Shown here piece after piece: positions 31,587 to 39,001 of a stretch of DNA of 39,001 bases; within the stretch, counting starts at the first letter, position 1; each line of letters opens with the position of its first letter. This DNA is from Actinomycetota bacterium. Lineage in GTDB: Bacteria > Actinomycetota > Actinomycetes > Nanopelagicales > Nanopelagicaceae. Position numbers and translations under genes: made by a program. The notes below the pieces were generated by a model. It was not told the DNA's origin and made no database searches. It saw only the letters and a list, made by a program, of their open reading frames with translations. Location of the stretch: assembly GCA_041192285.1 (NCBI GenBank), contig JBEENC010000001.1, positions 1-39,001 on the forward strand, given 5' to 3'.

Positions 31587-32470
31587 TAGATTCGCTCCTT
31601 GAAATCTTCATCAATCCAAATTCTTTGAAGCATGTGCCAGTCCTGTGGATATTGACTAATGCCGTGGGCAAAATTATCTGCAGATTTTTGAACTATAGCT
31701 GAAACCTTTTCTTCTTGAGTTCCATTGCCCGGAACTTTAATTTCATCGAAAGTGATATGAATTCCACGTTCTGTGTAATTAACAAAAGCTGTCACAAGAA
31801 TCGCGCTCGTCTTCACTGCTAACACTGCAGGACCTGCTGGCATGCGAGCAGGGTGTCCGAAGAAATTAACATCAATTCCAGATTTAGATAGATCACGGTC
31901 TGCGACAAGGGCTACAAGGTGTCCTTCTCTTAACCTTTGCGCCAACGTGGCAATAGATCTGGAATCTAATGCAAGAACTTCCATACCCATGGCTTGTCTA
32001 TATCGAAGAAATTCAAGAAATAATCGCTCTGGCTTAAGTCGCTCGGCAACTGTTACGAGATGTATTCCTTTGAGGCAAAAATATGCACCGGCATGATCCC
32101 AATTGCCAGCGTGAGGCAAAGAGACGATTACTCCACGACCACTTGCGATTGCATCTAGCAGCAAATTTTCTCTCGTCACAGTTACTGTGGAATTTATACG
32201 TTCCTTATCCCAATTTGGAAATCTAAACGTGTCACACCAATATCTCATGTAGGAAGCCATGGCGTCCTCAAGAAGTGCCTGCATCTGCGATTCCGTGGCC
32301 TCTGGTTTTACTCGTGCCAAATTACTTCGCAAACGCGCAACGCTCTTTGGATTGCGCTTTACCAAAAAACGTGCGCCTCGATTAAAGAGTGAATAGGCAG
32401 ATGCTTCAGGTAGGGCGCGAAATATTTTCCAGGCAAAGATATATGCCCATCCAATGAGACTTTCTTTCAT
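31586..32470 (-). CDS. patA: Phosphatidylinositol mannoside acyltransferase (PatA)
   Basis: LPHAGNWD (HxxxxD), AERLKPE, LVADRDLS, PAGPA and PQDWHMLQ. Confidence 0.9.
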   Translation of the reverse strand: MKESLIGWAYIFAWKIFRALPEASAYSLFNRGARFLVKRNPKSVARLRSNLARVKPEATESQMQALLEDAMASYMRYWCDTFRFPNWDKERINSTVTVTRENLLLDAIASGRGVIVSLPHAGNWDHAGAYFCLKGIHLVTVAERLKPERLFLEFLRYRQAMGMEVLALDSRSIATLAQRLREGHLVALVADRDLSKSGIDVNFFGHPARMPAGPAVLAVKTSAILVTAFVNYTERGIHITFDEIKVPGNGTQEEKVSAIVQKSADNFAHGISQYPQDWHMLQRIWIDEDFKERI

Positions 32471-32471
32471 A

Positions 32472-33065
32472 TTAAATCGCGCGTTTTACAATTATTAATC
32501 GTTGAAATGTTGTTATTACGCCCAGTATTGCTAGCGCCCAAGCACTAATCGAAAGTGCGTAAGGCGCGCCTAGGCCATGAAATCCTGTTCCAAACAAAAC
32601 GATAATCGCTCGTTCTGTGCGCTCGGCAATGCCGCCACTGCATGCGATATTCATGCTCTCAGCCTTTGCTCGGATGTATGGAATAAGCATTCCCGTAACC
32701 AGGCATACTAAATAAATTATTGAAAGATGATCATCTTCTTGGATTAAATAAATTGCTATACCGCAAAGAACTGCTGAATCAGAAATTCTGTCAACTGTTG
32801 AATCTAAAAATCCACCCCACTTGCTTGCGCCTTGAGAACTAATTCGAGCCATCGCTCCATCAAAAAGATCGCTGAGCATGAAAAAACTAATTACCAGCGT
32901 TCCAACAAAAAACTCTCCTTGAGAGAAGAAATAGAACGCACTAAGCACAACGCAGATTGCTCCAATTGCAGTGACTGCATTCGGTGTTAATCCGATTCGT
33001 AGGAAGAATCGAGCCACCGGAGAAATTATTCGCGTGACCGCAGGTTTAAAAACTTCGCTAATCAT
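32472..33065 (-). CDS. pgsA: CDP-alcohol phosphatidyltransferase (phosphatidylinositol phosphate synthase)
   Basis: TPNAVT and D.FDGAMAR...WGGFLDSTVDRISD signature, YIRAKAE, AERTER. Start set to ATG 33065. Confidence 0.92.
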   Translation of the reverse strand: MISEVFKPAVTRIISPVARFFLRIGLTPNAVTAIGAICVVLSAFYFFSQGEFFVGTLVISFFMLSDLFDGAMARISSQGASKWGGFLDSTVDRISDSAVLCGIAIYLIQEDDHLSIIYLVCLVTGMLIPYIRAKAESMNIACSGGIAERTERAIIVLFGTGFHGLGAPYALSISAWALAILGVITTFQRLIIVKRAI

Positions 33066-33072
33066 TGGGTAC

Positions 33073-33082
33073 ATCGTAGGCT
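33073..33082. promoter_or_regulatory. Overlapping bidirectional -10 elements (minus TACGAT, plus TAGGCT)
   Basis: Minus: TACGAT (33078-33073), 7 nt, ATG 33065. Plus: TAGGCT (33077-33082), 6 nt, ATG 33089. The hexamers share the central TA. Confidence 0.65.
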
Positions 33083-33088
33083 GAGGCC

Positions 33089-33673
33089 ATGCCATCTCAT
33101 AGTCCGCAACCACGCATCAGCGTCTACGGACATCCAAGCGCACAGCCAGAATCTGTGGCCGACCTCTTTGGTGCTACCTACAACACTGATGCCGGCGGTT
33201 CTGAAGAGGTGGCGATATTTGTCATCAATCCAAACACCGGTGTCGATGAAAAAACCATATCTAATTGGACCGCTCTTGATGAGTTCCAAACCCCTCGACT
33301 CATTGTTGTGACGAATATAGAAAGTGGTGAAGCAGATTTCGATGACGCCGTGTTACTTGCTAACCGACTCTTTGATCAGGTTGTTACTCCTTACTTGGTA
33401 TTACATGATGATTCCGGTGCACCCTGCGCTCTGATTAGTTTAGAAACGCAGGAAATTACTGATTACACAAGTAATCCTTCCACAGTAATTCCTAGCGAGC
33501 CCGAACATAAAACTTTAGTCAGTGAATTTGTTGATGAATATAAATCACATATGGCAGTCATGGGTGAAGGATCTTTTGCGGCTGGGTTACTTTTTCCTGC
33601 AATTCCGCTGTGGATAGAAAAAAATATTGGCGTCGATATTGTTAAGCAGTATCTAGCAGAAATTAATCGTTAA
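33089..33673 (+). CDS. Miniaturised EF-G2-derived protein (degenerate G domain plus G' insert only)
   Basis: Segments align by eye to the translational-GTPase G domain (AIFVINPNTGVDEKT..W, PRLIVVTNIE...ADFD, PYLVL...ALISL...TDY, FPAI....KNIGVD). It occupies the divergent pgsA/HIT position of EF-G2 in Streptomyces. Confidence 0.7.
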   Translation: MPSHSPQPRISVYGHPSAQPESVADLFGATYNTDAGGSEEVAIFVINPNTGVDEKTISNWTALDEFQTPRLIVVTNIESGEADFDDAVLLANRLFDQVVTPYLVLHDDSGAPCALISLETQEITDYTSNPSTVIPSEPEHKTLVSEFVDEYKSHMAVMGEGSFAAGLLFPAIPLWIEKNIGVDIVKQYLAEINR

Positions 33674-34196
33674 CCCAACCTGCTGATAAGTCACTACGTG
33701 TTTGAGCCAGTAATTGCGGCAATACTTTAGTTTGACCAATAATTGGCATGAAGTTGGCATCTCCGCCCCAACGAGGAACAACGTGTTGGTGAATGTGTTC
33801 TGCAACTCCGGCGCCCGATAACGCCCCTTGATTCATTCCAAGATTAAATCCGACAGCATTGGAAACCTTGCGCAAAGTCTTCATCGCTTGCGCACTTAAG
33901 AATGAAATTTCATTTCGTTCTTCCTCCCTTAAATCAGTTAGATCAGCAACGTGCCGATAAGCGCAAATAAGAACGTGGCCTGCGTTATATGGATATAAAT
34001 TCATCACTACGTAAGCAGTTTTACCCCGATGAACAATTAATCCTTCTTCATCCGTCAGTGATGGGATTGTGCAAAAAGGACATGCGACGCTATTTCCTTC
34101 AAGTGGTCTGTTTTCGCCCTTCAAATAATCCATTCGGTGCGGAGCCCACAATCGCGACCATGCATCAGGAATTCCTGCTCCACCTTCTAGATGCAT
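33663..34196 (-). CDS. HIT-family protein (Ap4A phosphorylase-like, Rv2613c type)
   Basis: RLWAPHRM, CPFC, NLYPYNAGH, GFNLGMNQG..GAG...HIHQHVVPRW; downstream of thrS. Confidence 0.9.
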   Translation of the reverse strand: MHLEGGAGIPDAWSRLWAPHRMDYLKGENRPLEGNSVACPFCTIPSLTDEEGLIVHRGKTAYVVMNLYPYNAGHVLICAYRHVADLTDLREEERNEISFLSAQAMKTLRKVSNAVGFNLGMNQGALSGAGVAEHIHQHVVPRWGGDANFMPIIGQTKVLPQLLAQTRSDLSAGWVND

Positions 34197-34200
34197 GGAA

Positions 34201-36189
34201 TTAAACCTGAATTCGCTTTGCTACCGCGTCTTTAATCTCTTTGATTGCATCGGTAATCGGAATTCCATTTTTCTGTTCACCATTTCTGTATCTAAATGAA
34301 ACAGCGCCAGCCTTTTGATCTTCTTCTCCAGCAATAACCATAAATGGAACCTTTTGCATTTGTGCGTTACGAACTTTTTTCTGCATGCGATCATCGGATG
34401 CATCAAGTTCGGCCCGAATACCTGCCTTTTTCATCTGCGCCATAACATCGGCTAAGTAATCAGCGAATGCATCGGCCACAGGAATACCAACTGCCTGAAG
34501 CGGTGCGAGCCATGGTGGAAATGCGCCAGAGTAATGCTCTGTTAAAACACCAAAGAAACGTTCAATAGAACCAAAGAGTGCGCGGTGAATCATTACCGGA
34601 CGCTGACGTGTTCCATCAGCTGCTGAATATTCAAGTTCGAATCGTTGTGGCAATTGGAAATCAACTTGGATGGTCGACATCTGCCATGTTCGACCAATTG
34701 CATCCTTTGCTTGCACAGAGATCTTTGGTCCATAAAAAGCTGCGCCACCTTCATCTAGAACAAGTTCTAATTTTTGTGCTTGTGCAGCTTTTCGAAGCGC
34801 TTCTGTTGCCTCTACCCAATCCTTATCTTCTCCCACAGATTTTTCTGGGTTGCGAGTAGATAGTTCGAGATAAAAATCATTAAGACCATAATCGCGCAAC
34901 AAATTAAGTACGAAAGTTAATAATGAATCGAGCTCGGCAGGCATCTGCTCTTTTGTGCAATAGATGTGCGCATCATCTTGTGTGAAACCGCGGGCACGAG
35001 TGAGTCCATGCATCACACCAGATTTTTCATAGCGATAGACAGTTCCAAATTCAAATAAACGAAGGGGTAATTCGCGATAAGAACGTCCTCGAGCACGGAA
35101 AATCAAATTATGAAATGGACAGTTCATAGGCTTCATGTAGTACTGCTGTCCAGTCTTTTTAATCGTTCCATCAGGATGATGTTCTTCATCCAAAATCATT
35201 GGTGGATACATTCCTTCTGAATACCAATCCAAGTGACCAGATGTTTCAAAGAGTGCGGCCTTTGTCAGATGCGGTGAATAAACGAATTCGTAACCTTCTT
35301 CTTCATGGCGCATACGCGAATAATCTTCCATCGCACGGCGCACAATGCCGCCCTTAGGGTGAAATACGGCTAGACCCGAACCAATTTCTTCTGGGAATGA
35401 AAAAAGGTCTAACTCAGTTCCTAGTCGACGGTGATCACGTTTTTCTGCCTCTGCTAATAACTCAAGGTGAGCATTTAATTCATCCTGTGTAGGCCACGCT
35501 GTTCCGTAAATTCTTTGCAGCATCGGATTTTTTTCAGAACCTCGCCAATATGCTGCCGCACTTCTCATTAATTTAAATGCAGGAATATGTTTCGTAGATG
35601 GCAGATGTGGACCTCGACATAAATCACTCCACAGCGCTTGTCCATCTCGACCTAAGTTGTCATAAATAGTTAGTTCGGCGCCGCCAACTTCAACACTTGC
35701 TTCATCACCGGCGCCAGATTTCAGAGCAATGAGTTCGCACTTATAAGGCTCGTGAGCTAGTTCCTTGAGAGCATCTTTTTCGGTTATCACGCGACGCTTA
35801 AACCTCTGACCATCTTTAATAATCTTGCGCATCGCAGATTCGATTTTTTCGAAATCATCTGGATTAAATGGGCGCTCTGGATCAAAGTCATAATAAAAAC
35901 CATCTGTGATTGGTGGTCCAATTCCTAATCTTGTTCCTGCAAAAGCACTCTGAACTGCCTGAGCCATCACGTGAGCAGTTGAGTGACGCAGTACTGCCAG
36001 TCCATCTGGTGAAGAAATTGATACAGAATCGATAACATCTCCGGAAGCAATGTCGCTCCAGAGATCTTTGAGTTCGCCATTTATTTTGCACACAACAACA
36101 TCTTTGCGCTCGGCAAAAATATGAGTTGGTTTTTGATCTGCCGAAACGCTGACGGCAGCGCCATCAACGGTGATTGAGATCTCGGACAT
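34201..36189 (-). CDS. thrS: Threonine--tRNA ligase
   Basis: [49 protein letters not shown] and [11 protein letters not shown]. Confidence 0.98.
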   Translation of the reverse strand: MSEISITVDGAAVSVSADQKPTHIFAERKDVVVCKINGELKDLWSDIASGDVIDSVSISSPDGLAVLRHSTAHVMAQAVQSAFAGTRLGIGPPITDGFYYDFDPERPFNPDDFEKIESAMRKIIKDGQRFKRRVITEKDALKELAHEPYKCELIALKSGAGDEASVEVGGAELTIYDNLGRDGQALWSDLCRGPHLPSTKHIPAFKLMRSAAAYWRGSEKNPMLQRIYGTAWPTQDELNAHLELLAEAEKRDHRRLGTELDLFSFPEEIGSGLAVFHPKGGIVRRAMEDYSRMRHEEEGYEFVYSPHLTKAALFETSGHLDWYSEGMYPPMILDEEHHPDGTIKKTGQQYYMKPMNCPFHNLIFRARGRSYRELPLRLFEFGTVYRYEKSGVMHGLTRARGFTQDDAHIYCTKEQMPAELDSLLTFVLNLLRDYGLNDFYLELSTRNPEKSVGEDKDWVEATEALRKAAQAQKLELVLDEGGAAFYGPKISVQAKDAIGRTWQMSTIQVDFQLPQRFELEYSAADGTRQRPVMIHRALFGSIERFFGVLTEHYSGAFPPWLAPLQAVGIPVADAFADYLADVMAQMKKAGIRAELDASDDRMQKKVRNAQMQKVPFMVIAGEEDQKAGAVSFRYRNGEQKNGIPITDAIKEIKDAVAKRIQV

Positions 36190-36193
36190 ACCC

Positions 36194-36961
36194 CTAGCCT
36201 ACCGAAGTCCGTACGGCCATTTCTCGGATTTGTTGCGCAAATAATTGACTAACTTCTAAATCTGGCATCACTCGACCATCAATGCTTGCAACAGGTGCTG
36301 CAATTTTTAAACTCGAAATCACGATGGCTGCCTGGACATGCGAGAGATCGTTAGTGTCTATTTTTCGCACCTTTACCGGCAAATTTTCAACAATTAACGC
36401 ACGCATTACCCCAGGTAATACTCCCTGAACAATTGGCGGAGTAATCCACATTCCATCGGTGTAAAAAATCAGATTTGAAACGGCTGCTTCACAGACTTCA
36501 TGATTACTATTAATTACAATTGCTTCATCACAGCCCTGTTGCTTTGCCACATTCAATATTTCTAGTCGCGATGTATAGGGAAAAGTCTTTGCAGGCACAC
36601 CTTTAATATCTATGCGCACTGAATACGTGCAGAGCTTTAAATTATGAGTTAACTCTTCATACCGGTCATGCGTTGCAATAAATGTGCCATCTTCTTTAAA
36701 GAGTAATCGCAAGCGACCTATTGGATGTTTCACATCTGCCAACAATTGATCAATTGCAGTGCGCACTCGATCTTCACCCGGTATCTCAACGCCCACACGC
36801 GTACCGGCATCGAGTGCCCGCCTCATATGACGGTTGAGTGCATACGGAAGTGAACCAACCGTTTTAATAGTTTCAAATACACCAAATCCATCGGGCCAAT
36901 TATCTGCAGCCAGTTCAACTCCACTGGAATCTACAACACTGTCATTGAGCCAGATCTTCAT
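36194..36961 (-). CDS. Class IV PLP aminotransferase / aminodeoxychorismate lyase-like (PabC-like)
   Basis: [13 protein letters not shown], putative Schiff-base Lys in AKTFPY, EAAVSNL and LPGVMR; coupled to a chorismate-binding gene. Confidence 0.8.
   Translation of the reverse strand: MKIWLNDSVVDSSGVELAADNWPDGFGVFETIKTVGSLPYALNRHMRRALDAGTRVGVEIPGEDRVRTAIDQLLADVKHPIGRLRLLFKEDGTFIATHDRYEELTHNLKLCTYSVRIDIKGVPAKTFPYTSRLEILNVAKQQGCDEAIVINSNHEVCEAAVSNLIFYTDGMWITPPIVQGVLPGVMRALIVENLPVKVRKIDTNDLSHVQAAIVISSLKIAAPVASIDGRVMPDLEVSQLFAQQIREMAVRTSVG
36196..36201 (-). promoter_or_regulatory. -10 (TAGGCT) of leaderless thrS, embedded in the upstream gene's last codons
   Basis: TAGGCT-aggggt-ATG 36189 (6-nt spacer). 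Confidence 0.55.
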
Positions 36962-37953
36962 GAAATTTCACCAGATGCAATTTTAATGAGCCGCTCTGCC
37001 TTCAACTGCGTTTCTTCCCATTCAGATGCAGCATCACTGGCCCATGTTATTCCGGCGCCAGTACCAAATTTCAAAGTTTCTGCTTCTTTCCAAAAAGTTC
37101 TGATTGCAACAGCTAAATCACACGCGTCGCCGTGAATCCAACCAATTGCACCACAGTAAATTCCACGCTCCTTCTCATGCTGCGCAATTATTTTCACAGC
37201 AGATGATTTAGGCGCACCGCTGACAGATCCCGGAGCGAGCAAAGGTTCGATTATTTCACTCCACGATAGATTCTCTTTAAGTTCTCCTGTTACATCAGAG
37301 ACTAAGTGATCAATTCCGGGATGGTGTTCTATCCCCAACAAACGAGGCACATCAATTGATCCATCTTTACAAATCTGACCCAAATCATTCCTAATTAAAT
37401 CTACGATCATGACATTTTCAGCATTGTCTTTACTTCCAAATTCGGCGCCCCCTGTTGGACGCGTGCCCTTGATCGGAGATGACGTAACGGTGTTGCCTCG
37501 TCGCTTGAGAAAGAGTTCAGGGGAAGCCGATGCAATTTCGACTCCCGGAATTCGCAGGTAGCTGGCGTACGGTGCTGGATTGTTCTTCAAAATCGAGGCA
37601 AATAGCCCGGCGAGTGAAAAATCTTTTTTAATTGGCGCACTGAGCATGCGACAGGCATTTACCTGATAAACCCAGCCATTGGAAATATCTTCTTGGATTG
37701 CTTGGACATAAGAAATATATGCCTCGCGATCCATCGATGATTCAAATTGCGAAGAAACAAACTCTGATTGCGCATATGGAAATTTGGATTCAACAACGTG
37801 TGCAAAGTTGGCACACGTCCAATGACCTTCAAAGGAAATAGAAACAGCCCAAAAACCTTCATTGGTTATTTCTTGGGGATCATGCGTTACTCGCTGCAAA
37901 CCCGTTGCATAACGATTGCCCATCCAAAAGATCGGCTCAACCCCTGCGTTCAT
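36958..37953 (-). CDS. Chorismate-binding enzyme, aminodeoxychorismate synthase component I-like (PabB-like), short N-terminus
   Basis: YQVN, SASPELFL, SPIKGT, AENVMIVDLIRNDL, PGSVSGAPK, YCGAIG and GAGIT. Confidence 0.85.
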   Translation of the reverse strand: MNAGVEPIFWMGNRYATGLQRVTHDPQEITNEGFWAVSISFEGHWTCANFAHVVESKFPYAQSEFVSSQFESSMDREAYISYVQAIQEDISNGWVYQVNACRMLSAPIKKDFSLAGLFASILKNNPAPYASYLRIPGVEIASASPELFLKRRGNTVTSSPIKGTRPTGGAEFGSKDNAENVMIVDLIRNDLGQICKDGSIDVPRLLGIEHHPGIDHLVSDVTGELKENLSWSEIIEPLLAPGSVSGAPKSSAVKIIAQHEKERGIYCGAIGWIHGDACDLAVAIRTFWKEAETLKFGTGAGITWASDAASEWEETQLKAERLIKIASGEIS

Positions 37954-37959
37954 GCGGAC

Positions 37960-37965
37960 AACTTA
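37960..37965 (-). promoter_or_regulatory. -10 (TAAGTT) of the leaderless pabB-like transcript
   Basis: TAAGTT-gtccgc-ATG 37953 (6-nt spacer). Confidence 0.55.
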
Positions 37966-38025
37966 GTCGCTGCCACCTCACTTTGGCTCTTGCGCACTCA
38001 TGCGATAGATTTTGCCCTGCAATAC

Positions 38026-38098
38026 GCGGACGTAGCGCAGTTGGTAGCGCGGAACCTTGCCAAGGTTCAGGTCGCCGGTTCGAACCCGGTCGTCCGCT
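38026..38098 (+). tRNA. tRNA-Gly(GCC), CCA not encoded
   Basis: GCGGACG/CGTCCGC acceptor stem, GAACC-TTGCCAA-GGTTC anticodon arm, GTTCGAAC T-loop; TAGATT -10 at 38006-38011. Confidence 0.96.
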
Positions 38099-38161
38099 CT
38101 GATTCACCGTCACTTACATATCTTTACTCATGTAATAGATAAAAAGTGGCGGTCTTTCTAT

Positions 38162-38235
38162 GGTGGAATGGCCGAGAGGCGAGGCAAGGGACTGCAAATC
38201 CCTCTACACGGGTTCAAATCCCGTTTCCACCTCCA
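38162..38235 (+). tRNA. tRNA-Cys(GCA), CCA encoded
   Basis: GGTGGAA/TTCCACC acceptor stem, U discriminator, AGGGA-CTGCAAA-TCCCT anticodon arm, GGTTCAAATCC. Confidence 0.96.
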
Positions 38236-38294
38236 TTTTTGAGTTAAGAAATAAACCTGTGTCCTTTCACCTCCAAAACTGAAAGAATCTAACA

Positions 38295-38642
38295 ATGAGT
38301 GCACATGATCAATCACAACGACCATGGGGTCACTATGAAATCTTGCAAGAAAGTGCAATTCATAAAACTAAATGTATTTATGTGCAACCTGGAAAACGCC
38401 TGTCATATCAGCGCCATCAAAAGCGCGCCGAACATTGGTTCATCGTCCAAGGAAGCGCCGAAGTAACACTTGATGGAAAAGTTTCACAACTTTCATCAGG
38501 TGACACAATCTCGATTGGTATTGGTCAACTGCACCGAATCGCAAACATCGGAGACAATGAAGTTATCTTCATCGAAGTTCAAACCGGCACATACTTTGGC
38601 GAAGATGATATTGAGCGTATCGAGGACGATTTCGGTCGCTAA
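38295..38642 (+). CDS. Stand-alone type II phosphomannose-isomerase C-terminal cupin domain protein
   Basis: RPWG.Y, VQPGKRLSYQRH..RAEHW, HRIAN and IEVQTGTYFGEDDIERIEDDFGR, matching the ManC/AlgA C-terminal cupin. Confidence 0.88.
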   Translation: MSAHDQSQRPWGHYEILQESAIHKTKCIYVQPGKRLSYQRHQKRAEHWFIVQGSAEVTLDGKVSQLSSGDTISIGIGQLHRIANIGDNEVIFIEVQTGTYFGEDDIERIEDDFGR

Positions 38643-38671
38643 ATTTGCTGTTGTATAGTTCTGCTACCTCA

Positions 38672-38743
38672 GGACGATTGGCTCAGCGGTAGAGCACCAC
38701 ATTGACATTGTGGGGGTCACTGGTTCGATCCCAGTATCGTCCA
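38672..38743 (+). tRNA. tRNA-Val(GAC), CCA not encoded
   Basis: GGACGAT/ATCGTCC acceptor stem, CCACA-TTGACAT-TGTGG anticodon arm, GGTTCGATCC; TATAGT -10 at 38654-38659. Confidence 0.96.
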
Positions 38744-38800
38744 CGTTTTCGAACGAATCGCGGCCTTTCAATTCCCATTTATGTTTGCTACTCTCGGAGT

Positions 38801-38947
38801 ATGACAATTAGACCAGCGTATTGGCTTGAATGTGGACATGCATGGAACACCGATTTAACTAAGCCAAATGAGAATTGGGTTGGCAAGTCAGCACTTTGCC
38901 CAGTTTGCAAGGTTGAGAGCCCGGTAAAGGAAAAGGTTTCTAACTAA
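38801..38947 (+). CDS. 48-aa Cys/His zinc-ribbon-like microprotein
   Basis: MTIRPAYWLECGHAWNTDLTKPNENWVGKSALCPVCKVESPVKEKVSN, with CGH and CPVC knuckles; TACTCT -10 six nt before the ATG. Confidence 0.6.
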   Translation: MTIRPAYWLECGHAWNTDLTKPNENWVGKSALCPVCKVESPVKEKVSN

Positions 38948-39001
38948 GTAATAGATTGAAGTTAGAAAGAAATAAATACCGCGTTACAGTGCCGACTTCT
39001 T

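Noticed and set aside
33188-33199. DAGG in mini EF-G2 as a surviving G3 (DxxG) motif
   Set aside because: It is only about 4 residues before the next beta-strand, versus about 16-18 in EF-G; probably coincidental, so not used as evidence.
33062-33289. 75-aa minus-strand ORF as an alternative to the mini EF-G2 gene
   Set aside because: It is antisense to the longer ORF, which has family resemblance, synteny and a promoter.
2072-37862. Numerous 60-150 aa ORFs antisense to or nested in housekeeping genes (e.g. 2072-2446, 3031-3426, 12691-13152, 20297-20713, 24121-24459)
   Set aside because: They overlap well-conserved genes and have no recognisable motifs; typical shadow frames.
37768-38358. 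ORFs 37768-38142, 37905-38102, 38057-38242 and 38158-38358
   Set aside because: They run through tRNA-Gly or tRNA-Cys; translation artefacts.
38948-39001. Possible 3' end of a minus-strand gene (…KKSAL*) at the window edge
   Set aside because: Too little sequence to support a call.
1-39001. Mobile elements, prophage, CRISPR arrays, rRNA, toxin-antitoxin or defence systems, T-box leaders before the tRNA synthetases
   Set aside because: No integrase or transposase ORFs, no regularly spaced repeats and no obvious compositional island; leaders are too short or lack a T-box motif.

Overview
A gene-dense, moderate-GC (roughly mid-40s % by eye) core-genome segment with actinobacterial gene order but almost no intergenic DNA. 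It looks most like a streamlined freshwater acI lineage (Nanopelagicales / Ca. Planktophila type); this is an inference, not a database result. Most genes are on the minus strand: carB(5' end)-carA-pyrC-pyrB-pyrR, nusB-efp, aroQBKC-aroE-mltG-ruvX-alaS-DUF948, aspS-hisS-MBL hydrolase, rel-secF-secD-ruvBAC-yebC-pdxTS, a DUF3048-like lipoprotein, the PI/PIM locus (LemA-like, pimA, patA, pgsA), HIT-thrS and a pabC/pabB-like pair. The plus strand carries a bldD homolog, a DUF349 protein, tRNA-Gly/Cys/Val, a stand-alone PMI-type cupin and a 48-aa Cys/His microprotein. I found no mobile element, CRISPR array or defence system. The best candidates for novelty are: (1) a 194-aa 'mini EF-G2' keeping only a P-loop-less G/G' domain at the ancestral EF-G2 locus, apparently expressed from a 23-bp bidirectional leaderless promoter shared with pgsA; (2) a BldD homolog with an intact c-di-GMP RxD-X8-RxxD motif in a presumably non-sporulating organism; (3) a symmetric, structured divergent leader region at 18058-18253 with a possible leaderless 8-codon uORF; and (4) a leaderless zinc-ribbon microprotein. 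All family assignments come from motif recognition and remembered synteny, not from searches.
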